From assembly GCA_902520495.1 (NCBI GenBank), contig CABYNW010000002.1:610-64609 (forward strand): 64,000 bases of DNA, written 5' to 3'. Positions 1 to 10,602 of the stretch are shown one piece after another. The notes beneath the pieces were generated by a model. The model ran no database searches, was not told where the DNA came from, and saw nothing but the letters and a program-made list of their open reading frames with translations. The position numbers and the translations under genes are program-made. Positions within the stretch are counted from its first letter, which is position 1, and each line of letters begins with the position of its first letter. The stretch comes from an uncultured SAR86 cluster bacterium. GTDB lineage: Bacteria; Pseudomonadota; Gammaproteobacteria; Magnimaribacterales; D2472.

Positions 1-378
1 AAAAATAATATCAAAAGACTTATTATGTGTTCTGGAAAAGTTTTCTATGATCTTGTTAAAAAAAGAGATAATGAAAATATAAAAGATATTGCTATAGTAA
101 GAATAGAACAATTGTATCCTTTTCCTTACGATGACCTTGAAGAAATATTAACAAAGTACGAAAATGTAAATGAATTTGTGTGGTGTCAAGAGGAACCATT
201 AAACCAAGGAGCTTGGTTTAGTCATAGACATAGAATTCAAAGAGTATTGGATAGATTAGATAAAGGAAATGAAGTGAGTTTAGTTAGTAGATCGGCAGCA
301 GCAGCTCCAGCAGTTGGACTAATGAAACTTCATCTTCAGCAACAAGAAGACTTAATTAATGAGGCTGTTTGCAAATGA
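1..378 (+). CDS. sucA: 2-oxoglutarate dehydrogenase E1 component, C-terminal fragment (5' end outside window)
   Basis: The frame is open from base 1 to TGA at 376-378. The tail contains [14 protein letters not shown], the conserved SucA C-terminal block. It is followed by sucB-lpdA-sucCD. Confidence 0.9.
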   Translation, partial: KNNIKRLIMCSGKVFYDLVKKRDNENIKDIAIVRIEQLYPFPYDDLEEILTKYENVNEFVWCQEEPLNQGAWFSHRHRIQRVLDRLDKGNEVSLVSRSAAAAPAVGLMKLHLQQQEDLINEAVCK

Positions 379-1553
379 GTATAAAAATTAAAGCACCAAC
401 TTTTCCTGAATCTGTTGCAGATGGAACAGTTGCAAATTGGTTAAAAAAAGAAGGTGAAAATGTTAATCAGGACGAGGTGATTGCTGAAATTGAAACTGAT
501 AAAGTAGTTTTAGAAGTTTTAGCACAATCTGATGGAGTAATAACAAAAATCATAAAATCAGAGGGCGAGATTGTTTCAAGTGCAGAAATAATTGGAGAGT
601 TTTCAGAATCCAAAGAATCTCCTTCAAGTTCATCTGATAAAAAAGAAGTAAAAACAAAAGCTAATAAGAAGAGCGATAAATCTGCCTCTAAAAAAATCGG
701 CCCCGCAGCTAAGAAAATAATCTCTGAAGAAAATATAGATCCAAAAGATATCAAAGCATCAGGCAGAGATGAACGAATAACAAAAGCTGATGTTATTAAT
801 CATTTAGAGTCTGATAAAAAACAATCTAATAACAAAGTAATTTCAAGCTCTGAAAGACTTGAGAAAAGAGTACCAATGTCACGCTTAAGATCGACCATTG
901 CAAAAAGGCTTGTTTCCGTGAAACAAAATACGGCGATGTTAACAACTTTTAATGAAGTAGATATGCATCCAATTAAAGAGCTTAGATCAAAATATGGTGC
1001 TGAATTTGAAGAAGAGCACGAAGTTAAATTAGGTTTTATGGGTTTTTTTGTTATCGCAGCTGTCCAAGCATTAAAAAAATATCCGGTTGTTAATGCTTCA
1101 ATTGATGGTGATGATATTGTCTATCACGGCTTTCAAGATATTGGTGTTGCTGTTTCTACTGATAGAGGCTTGGTAGTTCCAATAATTAAGGATGCTGATA
1201 CAAAGTCATTACCAGAAATTGAAAAGTCTATTTTAACCTACTCTGAAAAAGCTAGGATGGGAAAACTATCAATTGAAGAAATGCAAGGTGGAACTTTTAC
1301 AATTTCTAATGGTGGTGTTTTTGGATCTTTGTTATCGACGCCTATTTTAAATGCGCCTCAAACCGCAATTTTAGGCATGCATGCTATACAAGATAGACCA
1401 GTTGCAATTAATGGAGAAATAGCTATCAGACCAATGATGTATCTTGCCATGAGTTATGATCATAGATTGTTGGATGGTAAGGAAGCAGTTACTTTTTTAG
1501 TTTCTATTAAGGAGCAGCTTGAATCACCAGAAAGACTGTTGCTAAATTTATAA
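375..1553 (+). CDS. sucB: Dihydrolipoyllysine-residue succinyltransferase (2-oxoglutarate dehydrogenase E2)
   Basis: The track ORF begins at TTG 369. ATG 375 ([19 protein letters not shown]) overlaps the sucA stop as ATGA and gives the usual lipoyl-domain N-terminus. The protein has one lipoyl domain (ETDKV), a K/S-rich linker and the catalytic DHRLLDG motif. Confidence 0.93.
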   Translation: MSIKIKAPTFPESVADGTVANWLKKEGENVNQDEVIAEIETDKVVLEVLAQSDGVITKIIKSEGEIVSSAEIIGEFSESKESPSSSSDKKEVKTKANKKSDKSASKKIGPAAKKIISEENIDPKDIKASGRDERITKADVINHLESDKKQSNNKVISSSERLEKRVPMSRLRSTIAKRLVSVKQNTAMLTTFNEVDMHPIKELRSKYGAEFEEEHEVKLGFMGFFVIAAVQALKKYPVVNASIDGDDIVYHGFQDIGVAVSTDRGLVVPIIKDADTKSLPEIEKSILTYSEKARMGKLSIEEMQGGTFTISNGGVFGSLLSTPILNAPQTAILGMHAIQDRPVAINGEIAIRPMMYLAMSYDHRLLDGKEAVTFLVSIKEQLESPERLLLNL

Positions 1554-1565
1554 TAAAGGAAAAAT

Positions 1566-2984
1566 ATGTTTGATGTGGTTGTTATAGGAAGTGGTCCAGC
1601 AGGTTATGTTGCTGCCATCAAGGCATCTCAATTAGGATTAAAAACTTTGTGTATTGAAGAATCTAGTGATGCTAAAGGAAATACAAATCTTGGGGGCACA
1701 TGTTTGAATGTTGGATGCATACCGTCTAAGGCTCTTTTAGATTCATCTCATAGATACTATGAAGCTAGCAAAAATCTTAATAGACATGGGATTCAAATTG
1801 GTAATCTTGAATTAGATCTTAATTCAATGATGAAAAGAAAGAACGATATTGTAAGTAAGCTAACTGGGGGTATTAGTGGATTATTTTCAGCTAATAATGT
1901 TGAGTCAATGTTAGGCCGAGGTAGAGTTATTTCTTCAAACACAGTAGAGGTAATAAAGAATGACAATACAATAAAAAATATAGAAACAAAAAATATAATT
2001 ATTGCAACAGGATCAAAACCAATTGAAATTTCATCTGCTATTTTTGGCAAGCATATTGTTGACAGTACTGGAGCGCTTTGTTTTGATGAGGTTCCTAAAA
2101 GTCTTGGAGTTGTTGGAGCTGGAATTATTGGCTTAGAACTTGGAAGTGTATGGTCAAGATTAGGTTCTAAAGTTACTGTTATTGAGGCTCTTGATGATTT
2201 TCTTACAATGGCAGATAAAGACATATCAAAAGAATCATTAAAAGAATTTAAAAAACAAGGATTGGATATTCAATTAAGTTCAAAGGTTACAAAATCTTCA
2301 GAAAACAAGGATTCTGTTTCCGTTACTTACGAATATCAAGGTAAAGAAATTGAGAAAAAATTTGATAAATTGATAGTTGCAGTAGGAAGATCACCAAATT
2401 CTTCTGAAGTGATTGATGAAGATCTTAAAATATCATTAAACAATGGATTTATTGAAGTAAATGAATTTTGTCAAACTTCAGTTCCTAGTATATGGGCTGT
2501 TGGAGATGTCGTAAGAGGCCCTATGCTTGCTCATAAAGGAAGTGAAGAGGGCATAATGGTTGCAGAAAGAATTGCTGAGAAACATACGCAAGTTAATTAT
2601 GATCTCGTGCCTTCTGTTATTTATTCTCATCCTGAGATTGCTTGGGTTGGAGCTAATGAAGAAGAATTAAAATCAGAAAATATTGATTATAAAGTTGGAA
2701 AATTTCCCTTTGCAGCTTCAGGCAGAGCTCTTGCTGTAGACCAGTCTGTTGGTTTTGTTAAAGTATTGTCTGATAAGAAAACTGATACTATTCTAGGGGT
2801 TCATGTTTTTGGGCCTGCCGCTGCTGAAATTGTTCAACAAGCTCTTATTTCAATGGAATTTGGTGCAAGCTCAGAAGACATAGCATTGACTATGTTTAGT
2901 CACCCAACAGTTTCAGAGGCTTTTCATGAAGCTGCACTAGCTTCTAATAATCAGGCTATTCATATAGGTAATAAAAGCAAATGA
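1566..2984 (+). CDS. lpdA: Dihydrolipoyl dehydrogenase (E3)
   Basis: It has the FAD-binding motif GSGPAGY and the redox-active disulfide motif [13 protein letters not shown]. An AAGGA sequence lies upstream of the ATG, and the gene sits between sucB and sucC. Confidence 0.95.
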   Translation: MFDVVVIGSGPAGYVAAIKASQLGLKTLCIEESSDAKGNTNLGGTCLNVGCIPSKALLDSSHRYYEASKNLNRHGIQIGNLELDLNSMMKRKNDIVSKLTGGISGLFSANNVESMLGRGRVISSNTVEVIKNDNTIKNIETKNIIIATGSKPIEISSAIFGKHIVDSTGALCFDEVPKSLGVVGAGIIGLELGSVWSRLGSKVTVIEALDDFLTMADKDISKESLKEFKKQGLDIQLSSKVTKSSENKDSVSVTYEYQGKEIEKKFDKLIVAVGRSPNSSEVIDEDLKISLNNGFIEVNEFCQTSVPSIWAVGDVVRGPMLAHKGSEEGIMVAERIAEKHTQVNYDLVPSVIYSHPEIAWVGANEEELKSENIDYKVGKFPFAASGRALAVDQSVGFVKVLSDKKTDTILGVHVFGPAAAEIVQQALISMEFGASSEDIALTMFSHPTVSEAFHEAALASNNQAIHIGNKSK

Positions 2985-4141
2985 ATCTTCATGAATATCA
3001 AGGCAAATCATTATTTGCCCAATATAATCTTCCTGTATCAAAAGGAAGGGTTATTTTTAATGCAGAAGATGCTGAAAATGCATGCAATGAAATAGGTGGT
3101 TCTAAATGGGTAGTTAAGACTCAAGTTCATGCTGGAGGAAGAGGTAAGGCTGGAGGAGTTGAATTAATCGATAAAGCAGAATTGGCTGCTAAATTTGCTG
3201 AAAAATGGCTTGGTAAGAGATTGGTAACATATCAAACTGATGAGAATGGACAGCTTGTTAATTCAATTTTAATTGAAGAGTGCGTGGATATATCAACTGA
3301 ATTATATTTAAGTGCTGTTGTCGATAGAGAATCTCAAAAGATTGTATTTATTGGATCTAGTGAAGGCGGAGTAAATATTGAAGATGTTGCTAAGAATTTT
3401 CCAGAAAAAATTATTTATCAAGGTATAGATCTTGAAACTTCAAATATTGAAGAAGATGCAACCAATATTGCAAAAGTTCTTAAACTTAATGATTCTCAAA
3501 CAAAGCAATTTATTCCTATGATTGAAAATCTTTTAAGATTATTTGTTGAAAAAGATCTAAGTCTGCTTGAGATCAACCCACTTGTTATTAATAAAAACGG
3601 TGATTTGCACTGCTTAGATGCAAAGATAAATATAGACTCAAATGCACTTTTTAGACAACCTGATCTTCAAAAAATGTATGATGAGTCTCAAGAAGATCCC
3701 CAAGAAGCAGAGGCAGCAAAGAATGATTTAAGCTATGTATCCTTAGATGGAAATATTGGATGTATGGTTAATGGGGCTGGTTTAGCAATGGGTACAATGG
3801 ACACTATTAAATTTTACGGCGGAAATCCAGCTAATTTTTTAGATGTTGGAGGTACTGCAACTCAAGCGAGAGTAACTAAAGCATTTAAAATTATTTTAAA
3901 AGATCCAGAAGTAAAAGTAGTCTTAGTTAATATATTTGGCGGAATAGTTAGGTGTGATTTAATTGCTGAGGGAGTTGTCGCTGCTATTAAAGAAGTTGAT
4001 ATTAATATTCCTGTTGTTGTTAGGCTTGAGGGAAATAATGCTGATTTAGGAGCAAAAATCTTATCTGAAGCAAATATAGAAATTCATAGCATAAATAATT
4101 TAGCTGAGGCTGCAAAAAAGGCAGTAGAGTTATCAAAATGA
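2981..4141 (+). CDS. sucC: Succinyl-CoA synthetase beta subunit
   Basis: The N-terminus [19 protein letters not shown] is near-identical in pattern to enterobacterial SucC. Both the start and the stop overlap neighbouring genes as ATGA. Confidence 0.95.
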   Translation: MNLHEYQGKSLFAQYNLPVSKGRVIFNAEDAENACNEIGGSKWVVKTQVHAGGRGKAGGVELIDKAELAAKFAEKWLGKRLVTYQTDENGQLVNSILIEECVDISTELYLSAVVDRESQKIVFIGSSEGGVNIEDVAKNFPEKIIYQGIDLETSNIEEDATNIAKVLKLNDSQTKQFIPMIENLLRLFVEKDLSLLEINPLVINKNGDLHCLDAKINIDSNALFRQPDLQKMYDESQEDPQEAEAAKNDLSYVSLDGNIGCMVNGAGLAMGTMDTIKFYGGNPANFLDVGGTATQARVTKAFKIILKDPEVKVVLVNIFGGIVRCDLIAEGVVAAIKEVDINIPVVVRLEGNNADLGAKILSEANIEIHSINNLAEAAKKAVELSK

Positions 4142-5010
4142 GTATTTTAGTCAACAAAGATACAAGGTTATTAGTTCAAGGGTTTACAGGCTCGCAAGGA
4201 ACCCTCCATTCTCTTCAGTCTATTGAATATGGAACAAATATAGTTGGAGGAGTGACTCCTGGGAAAGGAGGTAAGCAGCACCTCGAAAGACCTGTATTTA
4301 ATTCGGTGGAAGAAGCTATAAGGGAAGAAGAGCCTAATGCCTCAATAATTTTTGTTCCTGCAAAATTTTGTAAAGATTCTATATTAGAAGCTGCTGAAGC
4401 TGGTATTAAATTAATTATATGTATAACAGAAGGTGTGCCTACCTTAGATATGCTTGATATTAAAAAGCGAGTTGATTCTCTTGGGGTAAGACTTATTGGG
4501 CCAAATTGCCCTGGTGTAATTACGCCAGGAGAAGCTAAATTAGGCATAATGCCAGGCAATATACATAAACCAGGATCTATTGGAATTATCTCAAGATCAG
4601 GAACGCTTACTTATGAGGCAGTAAAACAAACTACTGACTTAGGATTTGGACAAAGTAGTTGTGTTGGTATTGGTGGAGACCCTATTCCAGGCTCATCTTT
4701 TATAGATATTTTAAAACTTTTTGAGGACGATGATCAAACTGAGGCTATCGTAATGGTGGGAGAAATTGGTGGTAATGCTGAGGAATCTGCAGCTGAATTT
4801 ATTCAAAATAATATAACAAAGCCAGTCATATCCTATATCGCAGGACAAACTGCTCCACCCGGAAAGAGGATGGGTCATGCTGGAGCTATTATTGCTGGTG
4901 GCAAAGGAACTGCTGAGGATAAAATAAAGAAACTATCAGAGTGCGGAGTTCATATAGCAGATAACTTGGTATCTATTGGGTCAAAAGTTTCTGAGATTTT
5001 AAACTCTTAA
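4138..5010 (+). CDS. sucD: Succinyl-CoA synthetase alpha subunit
   Basis: It has the N-terminus [22 protein letters not shown] and the phosphohistidine loop GHAGAII. At 290 aa it matches the expected SucD length. Confidence 0.95.
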   Translation: MSILVNKDTRLLVQGFTGSQGTLHSLQSIEYGTNIVGGVTPGKGGKQHLERPVFNSVEEAIREEEPNASIIFVPAKFCKDSILEAAEAGIKLIICITEGVPTLDMLDIKKRVDSLGVRLIGPNCPGVITPGEAKLGIMPGNIHKPGSIGIISRSGTLTYEAVKQTTDLGFGQSSCVGIGGDPIPGSSFIDILKLFEDDDQTEAIVMVGEIGGNAEESAAEFIQNNITKPVISYIAGQTAPPGKRMGHAGAIIAGGKGTAEDKIKKLSECGVHIADNLVSIGSKVSEILNS

Positions 5011-6355
5011 ACTTTAGAGTCTTTTTTATAATCCATCTTAATCTTAAGATTGATAATATTGAAAAAATACTTAAACCAATAATCATTCCAAACCACATTC
5101 CTTTTGCGCCTAATGGATTTTCAAAACCGTAGTTTGTTAAATAATAACCAATAGGCATTGCAAAAATCCAATAAGATATTAAAAGTAAGATCATTGGTAT
5201 AAATGTATCTTTGTAACCCCTCAAACTTCCAAGCGCACCCATTTGGATACCGTCAGGTATTTGAAATATTGCTGCAAAAATAATTAAACTTAAAGCTAGT
5301 TCAAAAACAGGTAGTTCTGTTGTGTATAGATTTACAATCTTAGAGCCAAATGTAAGAATAATTAGAACATTAATCAATGCTCCAATTACACATAGATATA
5401 TTGTTGAAAAAGATGCTATTTTTGCTTGATAAGGGTTATTTTCTCCTATCAAATTTCCAACTCTAGTTGCAGCAGCTAGTCCAATTGCAAGTGGAACCAT
5501 AAAAAATAAGCTAGCAATGTTTATTGCTACACTATGGCTAGCCACAACAACTTCTCCAAGAACGCTTAATATAATTGCAGCTCCTGAGAACATGCTTAAT
5601 TCAATAAAAATTCCTATACCTATTGGCAAACCTAGTTTAAAAACTTCTTTAGTTGTCTCAATTGAAGGCGGTGTGAAAGTTAAAAAAGGATCAGTCATTT
5701 TGTAATTTTTTGATAAAGCAATATATATAAAAAGAACTACCATCATCAGTAATGAAACAATTGAGGTAGCAATTCCGCATCCCACTCCTCCAAGCTGAGG
5801 AAATCCAAACCAACCATATACAAAAATTAGATCTAGAGGAATATTTAATAACATTCCTGTAAAGGCAATAATAAATATAGGTTTTGTTAATGTCATTCCT
5901 TCGCTATAACATCTTAAACACGTAAATATAGTAATGAATGCTATCCCAGGTGCTACTGCCTTAAGATATCCAGTTGTCACACTAGTAATAGAATCTTCTA
6001 TTGGTAAAAATTTTAGCAAGAAATCAAAATTATAAATAATACAAGCTAATAAAAAACCTAGCAAACCTGCAATCCATAAAATTTCTCTTAGTTTTTGACC
6101 TATTTCCTTATATTTTTTTGCACCAAATAATTGTGCAACTATCGGAGTAACAGAAAAGATCACACCACAAGCGGCGAACCATAAAGTATTAGCAAATGCA
6201 GTGCCTACAGCTAGACCAGCTAAATCAGTAGCACTAGCTCTCCCAGCAATAATAGTATCTGTTGCACCCATGAGCATATAAGACATCTGAGAGCCAAAGA
6301 TAGGAATACCTATCTTGACTAAGTTTTTAAACTCTATAATGTATTTATTATTCAA
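4973..6355 (-). CDS. MATE-family multidrug/sodium efflux transporter (NorM-like)
   Basis: This 460-aa protein is highly hydrophobic with about 12 TM-like segments and a MATE-type N-terminus ([31 protein letters not shown]). Its 3' end overlaps the sucD 3' end by 38 nt in convergent orientation. Confidence 0.8.
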   Translation of the reverse strand: MNNKYIIEFKNLVKIGIPIFGSQMSYMLMGATDTIIAGRASATDLAGLAVGTAFANTLWFAACGVIFSVTPIVAQLFGAKKYKEIGQKLREILWIAGLLGFLLACIIYNFDFLLKFLPIEDSITSVTTGYLKAVAPGIAFITIFTCLRCYSEGMTLTKPIFIIAFTGMLLNIPLDLIFVYGWFGFPQLGGVGCGIATSIVSLLMMVVLFIYIALSKNYKMTDPFLTFTPPSIETTKEVFKLGLPIGIGIFIELSMFSGAAIILSVLGEVVVASHSVAINIASLFFMVPLAIGLAAATRVGNLIGENNPYQAKIASFSTIYLCVIGALINVLIILTFGSKIVNLYTTELPVFELALSLIIFAAIFQIPDGIQMGALGSLRGYKDTFIPMILLLISYWIFAMPIGYYLTNYGFENPLGAKGMWFGMIIGLSIFSILSILRLRWIIKKTLKFKSLKSQKLLTQ

Positions 6356-6553
6356 TTTTGATTGGAAATGTTTTTGCTACTTTAGCATAAGAAAAATATT
6401 AATTAGGAGTTTTGTATTAGAAAAGATAATAGACCATATTGGCTAAAGAAATATGTCACTAAGATAAATAAAATATATGTAAGACATTTTCTAAAACCAC
6501 AGTTTAAATATCTAGGGAAGGGAGGCGCATACTTTAAACCAAGATATATCCAA

Positions 6554-7135
6554 GTGTTTGGTAATAATATTTATGTCGATGATTTTCCAACTTTAATAGG
6601 AGCAAGCGATGCAAATATTCAATTAACATCATGGAATATTGGCGAATACAAAGGCGAAATCAGTATTGGGAAATATTCTCTAATAACCCCAGGTGTAAGA
6701 ATAATGTCTGCTGAAAAAATTGAAATAGGTGATGCCTGTATGATTGCCCATGGCGCATATATATCTGATGCAGACTGGCATGGTATATATGACAGAGCTC
6801 AACCAGTTGGAACAACAAAACCAATAAATATAAAAGACAATGTTTGGATCGGTGATAGTGCCATAGTCTGTAAAGGGGTTACTATTGGTAAAAATAGCAT
6901 CATCGGAGCAGGAGCAGTTGTAACCAAAGATGTACCAGAAAATTGCATATATGCTGGAAATCCAGCTAAATTTATCAAGAAGCTTGATGCAAAAGCATTT
7001 AATACTAGAAAAGACTTCTTTAGGGATCCCAAAAAACTTGCATATGATTTTGATATGCTTGATCGATATAATCTTAAAGATAATTCTTTTTTCAATTGGA
7101 TAAAGAGCTTAATTTATCCCGATAATACTCATTAG
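6554..7135 (+). CDS. Left-handed beta-helix (hexapeptide-repeat) acyl/acetyltransferase
   Basis: It contains hexapeptide repeats (IGDACMIAHGAYISD, VWIGDSAIVCKGVTIGKNSIIGAGAVVTKDV) and the terminal YAGNPAK block typical of maltose/galactoside-type O-acetyltransferases. The only canonical start is GTG 6554, with no Shine-Dalgarno sequence. See the finding on its 5' end. Confidence 0.7.
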   Translation: MFGNNIYVDDFPTLIGASDANIQLTSWNIGEYKGEISIGKYSLITPGVRIMSAEKIEIGDACMIAHGAYISDADWHGIYDRAQPVGTTKPINIKDNVWIGDSAIVCKGVTIGKNSIIGAGAVVTKDVPENCIYAGNPAKFIKKLDAKAFNTRKDFFRDPKKLAYDFDMLDRYNLKDNSFFNWIKSLIYPDNTH

Positions 7136-7258
7136 TTTCTTTCAATTAATATAATTTATTTGTCTATATAATTTATATATTAAATTTGTTACTAATTTGG
7201 CACATAAATTGCATATATATTATTAAATAGTATTTAAAAAACTAAATAAGAGACAATT

Positions 7259-7648
7259 ATGGAAAAAGATAACAGCACTTCAGTTTATAGAGCAAGAAGA
7301 TTAATAAAAAATATTCTTACTCAAACGATTGATAATCCAAATAATCCAGATTCTTTAAATTTCTTTCATGCAGATACCTATAGATTTTATTTTTTAATGA
7401 GCTTTATGTGGGAATACTTAGAAGGAAACGAGATATCTCAAGAGTATGCTATATCTTTAGTGCCAAAAAAATATGCATCTAGGATAAAACGCCTGCAAGT
7501 GCTTAAACAGGCAGTAAAACTTGATTACATAAGTGAAACTAGCTCTCAAGTTGATAGAAGAAGAAGGATCTATAAGCCAACCCATAGCCTTTTAAAAGAT
7601 TTCTTTATATATACAGATAATGTATTTATGGAATCAAAAGCAGTTTAA
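7259..7648 (+). CDS. Hypothetical protein, possibly winged-helix DNA-binding
   Basis: This 129-aa ORF has no competing ORF. Its C-terminal half (ISQEYAISLVP...SSQVDRRRRIYKPTHSLLKDF) loosely resembles a MarR-type wHTH. No family was confidently recognised. Confidence 0.4.
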   Translation: MEKDNSTSVYRARRLIKNILTQTIDNPNNPDSLNFFHADTYRFYFLMSFMWEYLEGNEISQEYAISLVPKKYASRIKRLQVLKQAVKLDYISETSSQVDRRRRIYKPTHSLLKDFFIYTDNVFMESKAV

Positions 7649-7690
7649 TAATATCTACCTATATAACTTCTTTTTATTTACAATTAACAC

Positions 7691-8092
7691 ATGTCAAAAA
7701 TTGTCAAAAATGATGATGAGTGGAAATCTTTGCTAGATGATGAAAGTTATAGAGTAACAAGACAATCTGGTACAGAAAAACCCTTCACAGGTAAATATTG
7801 GGACTTTGATGAAAAAGGAAGTTACAAATGTATCTGTTGTGGACAGGACTTATTCGAATCGGATACTAAATTCGATTCAGGCTGTGGCTGGCCAAGTTTT
7901 TTTATTCCAAAACAAAATAGCTCCATATCAGAGTTTGACGATTATACTTATGGCATCATAAGAACTGAAGTGAAATGCTCACAATGCAATGCGCATCTTG
8001 GGCATGTCTTTAAAGACGGTCCGGAGCCGACCGGTCTTAGATATTGTATAAACTCTGCATCATTAGATTTTGAAAAAAATAACAAGCAATAA
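7691..8092 (+). CDS. msrB: Peptide-methionine (R)-S-oxide reductase
   Basis: It has two CxxC zinc motifs ([18 protein letters not shown]) and the catalytic GLRYCINS motif. Confidence 0.92.
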   Translation: MSKIVKNDDEWKSLLDDESYRVTRQSGTEKPFTGKYWDFDEKGSYKCICCGQDLFESDTKFDSGCGWPSFFIPKQNSSISEFDDYTYGIIRTEVKCSQCNAHLGHVFKDGPEPTGLRYCINSASLDFEKNNKQ

Positions 8093-9638
8093 AGAAGTAA
8101 ATTCTAGCGGATTATTTAACAACTTAAAAAAAGTAGTTTCTGGGACATTTGTTTCAAGGTTTTTTGGTTTAATAAGGGATATCTCTACAACAAATTTGCT
8201 TGGAGCTTCATTATTTCATGACATTTTTGTAATTTGTTTAAGAATACCAAATTTATTTAGAAGTTTCTTTGCTGAAGGAGCTTTTAATCAAGCCTTTGTT
8301 CCTATTTATAGTGACTATGAAAAGTTAAAAAACTATTATGAAACCAATGATTTTTTAAATGCAATATCTGGTGCTTTATTAATTTTTCTCTTTGTTTTTA
8401 CAACACTGGTTCTAATCTTTACACCTTTTTTTATTTTTTTATTTGCACCTGGTTTTTATTTTCAACCTGAGACACTTGAAATATCATCACAAGTTTTAAG
8501 AATAATGTTTCCATATCTTGCATTAATATCTTTAGTAACTTTTGCAGGTGGAATACAAAATACTCACCAGAAATTTTCTCTTCCAGCATATACACCAGTC
8601 ATTTTTAATTTATGTCTAATCATTGCAGCTATATTTATTGCTCCAAAACACAATATGCCAATATATACTCTGGCTTGGGGGGTATTGCTGGCTGGAGTTC
8701 TTCAACTCCTCATTCAGATAGCACCTTTAAAAAATATTAATAGACTTCCTGTTCCAAAATTAAATTTTAAAAACAAGGGCGTAAAAAGATTCTTTAAGAT
8801 TATTTTGCCATCTCTATTGGCTGGAGGAATAATACAGATTAATTTATTAATAGATACAATATTTGCATCATTGCTTGAGACAGGAAGTCCAACTTGGTTA
8901 TATGTATCAGATAGATTAATTCAATTCCCAATGGGTATTTTTGCAATAGCTATTGGAACTGTGCTTCTACCAGCATTATCAAAACTTGACGTAAATAAAG
9001 AAAAAGTTATTTTTATTAATTCTGTAAAAAAAGGACAAAAATTTGTTTTGTTTATTGCCATACCTTCACTTATAGGCTTAATGTTTTGTGCAGAAGATTT
9101 AATAAGTACAATTTTCTATAGAGGGGCTTTTACCGAATTAGATGTTATTAAATCTTCTTATAGTTTGATTGCATTTTCATTTGGACTTCCATTCTTTATG
9201 TTGATGAAAGTTTTGACTCCAGCTTTCTTTGCTCGAAAGGACACAAAAACACCATTATATGTAGCAATTATATCTCTTGTACTAAATGCTTCTTTAAATT
9301 ATTTATTAGCATTTACTTTTGGTCTAGGTCACATAGGGATTGCAATTGGGAGCTCAATAGCAGCATTAATTAGCGTTATGATTTTAGAGTTAATTTTGTA
9401 CAGAGATGGGTTTTTTAAAATACAAAGCATCTTTAATAGATTCAATTTGATGCTTCTAGCTGCGAGCTTAGCTCTTATTATTTTTCTATATTTTTTTACC
9501 TCTTGGACAAATTTTTTAGAACTGAATCAGCTGGAAAGACTATTCTTTTTATTCATAGAAGTAATAATTTCTATTGTTATTTATTTTTCTATTTCTAGAC
9601 TTATTTTCATGCGACCATTAAAAGATATATTTGATTAA
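8070..9638 (+). CDS. murJ: Lipid II flippase MurJ (MviN)
   Basis: This 522-aa polytopic membrane protein has the MurJ N-terminal block [13 protein letters not shown] followed by [13 protein letters not shown] at 8070 is the only available start and overlaps msrB by 23 nt. Confidence 0.85.
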   Translation: MKKITSNKEVNSSGLFNNLKKVVSGTFVSRFFGLIRDISTTNLLGASLFHDIFVICLRIPNLFRSFFAEGAFNQAFVPIYSDYEKLKNYYETNDFLNAISGALLIFLFVFTTLVLIFTPFFIFLFAPGFYFQPETLEISSQVLRIMFPYLALISLVTFAGGIQNTHQKFSLPAYTPVIFNLCLIIAAIFIAPKHNMPIYTLAWGVLLAGVLQLLIQIAPLKNINRLPVPKLNFKNKGVKRFFKIILPSLLAGGIIQINLLIDTIFASLLETGSPTWLYVSDRLIQFPMGIFAIAIGTVLLPALSKLDVNKEKVIFINSVKKGQKFVLFIAIPSLIGLMFCAEDLISTIFYRGAFTELDVIKSSYSLIAFSFGLPFFMLMKVLTPAFFARKDTKTPLYVAIISLVLNASLNYLLAFTFGLGHIGIAIGSSIAALISVMILELILYRDGFFKIQSIFNRFNLMLLAASLALIIFLYFFTSWTNFLELNQLERLFFLFIEVIISIVIYFSISRLIFMRPLKDIFD

Positions 9639-9639
9639 T

Positions 9640-10602
9640 ATGTATTTGATTAGAGGACAACACAATCTCGATTTATTTAATCTTAGATATAAAGACGTAA
9701 GACTTTCTGGCACTATTGGAAATTTTGACGGCCTGCATCTAGGACACCAGGCTATCCTAAAGAAGATAAAAAAGAACTCTAAAATTTTTGATTCGAAAAC
9801 AATTGTATTTTTTACTGAACCACATGCATCAGAATATTTTGCAACTATAAAAAAAACTGATTATAAAATCCCTCCTAGAATATGTTCATGGAGGGAAAAG
9901 TTTAAACAGTTAGAAAAGAATGATATAGATTTTGCTTTTTTTCTAAAATTCAATAAGTCTCTTAGAACTATGTCTCCAGAGGACTTTATTTCTAAGATAT
10001 TAGACTCTATTAATTTAAAGAGCTTTACTGTTGGAGACGATTTCAGATTTGGGGCTAATAGAGAAGGCGACACAGATCTGCTAAGGAGTTGGGGAAAAGA
10101 AAAAAATATTCTTGTAGAAAACACAGAAACAATAATGCTTGAGGGTGAGAGGGTAAGTAGTACGCGGATAAGAGATGCCCTAACTTCTAATAATTTTAAA
10201 ATGGCAGAACAACTACTTGGGAGGCCATATACTTTCTCAGGAAAAGTTGTACACGGTCAACATTTAGGTCGTACCATCAATATACCTACAGCAAACTTAT
10301 GGCTACCTAAGCAGAAGCTTCCAATTAATGGAGTTTATGCAGTTGAATGTATTCTTGATAATAATAAGTATCAGGGTATTGCAAATATGGGTTTAAGACC
10401 TACGGTTGGTGGTACAAAACCTGTTCTAGAAATTCACTTATTTAACTTTAATCAGGATATTTATTCAAAAAGGTTAATAGTTAAATTTATTAAAAAAATA
10501 AGAGACGAAAAGAAATTTGAGAATTTAGACATGTTAAAATTGCAAATTCAAAAGGATATTTCAATTGCAAAGAATTTTTTAAATAAATCTAATGATGACT
10601 AA
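9640..10602 (+). CDS. ribF: Bifunctional riboflavin kinase / FAD synthetase
   Basis: It contains GNFDGLHLGH and the riboflavin kinase block PTANL...GVYA. I prefer ATG 9640 (MYLIRGQHNL) over the track's TTG 9631. Confidence 0.9.
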   Translation: MYLIRGQHNLDLFNLRYKDVRLSGTIGNFDGLHLGHQAILKKIKKNSKIFDSKTIVFFTEPHASEYFATIKKTDYKIPPRICSWREKFKQLEKNDIDFAFFLKFNKSLRTMSPEDFISKILDSINLKSFTVGDDFRFGANREGDTDLLRSWGKEKNILVENTETIMLEGERVSSTRIRDALTSNNFKMAEQLLGRPYTFSGKVVHGQHLGRTINIPTANLWLPKQKLPINGVYAVECILDNNKYQGIANMGLRPTVGGTKPVLEIHLFNFNQDIYSKRLIVKFIKKIRDEKKFENLDMLKLQIQKDISIAKNFLNKSNDD

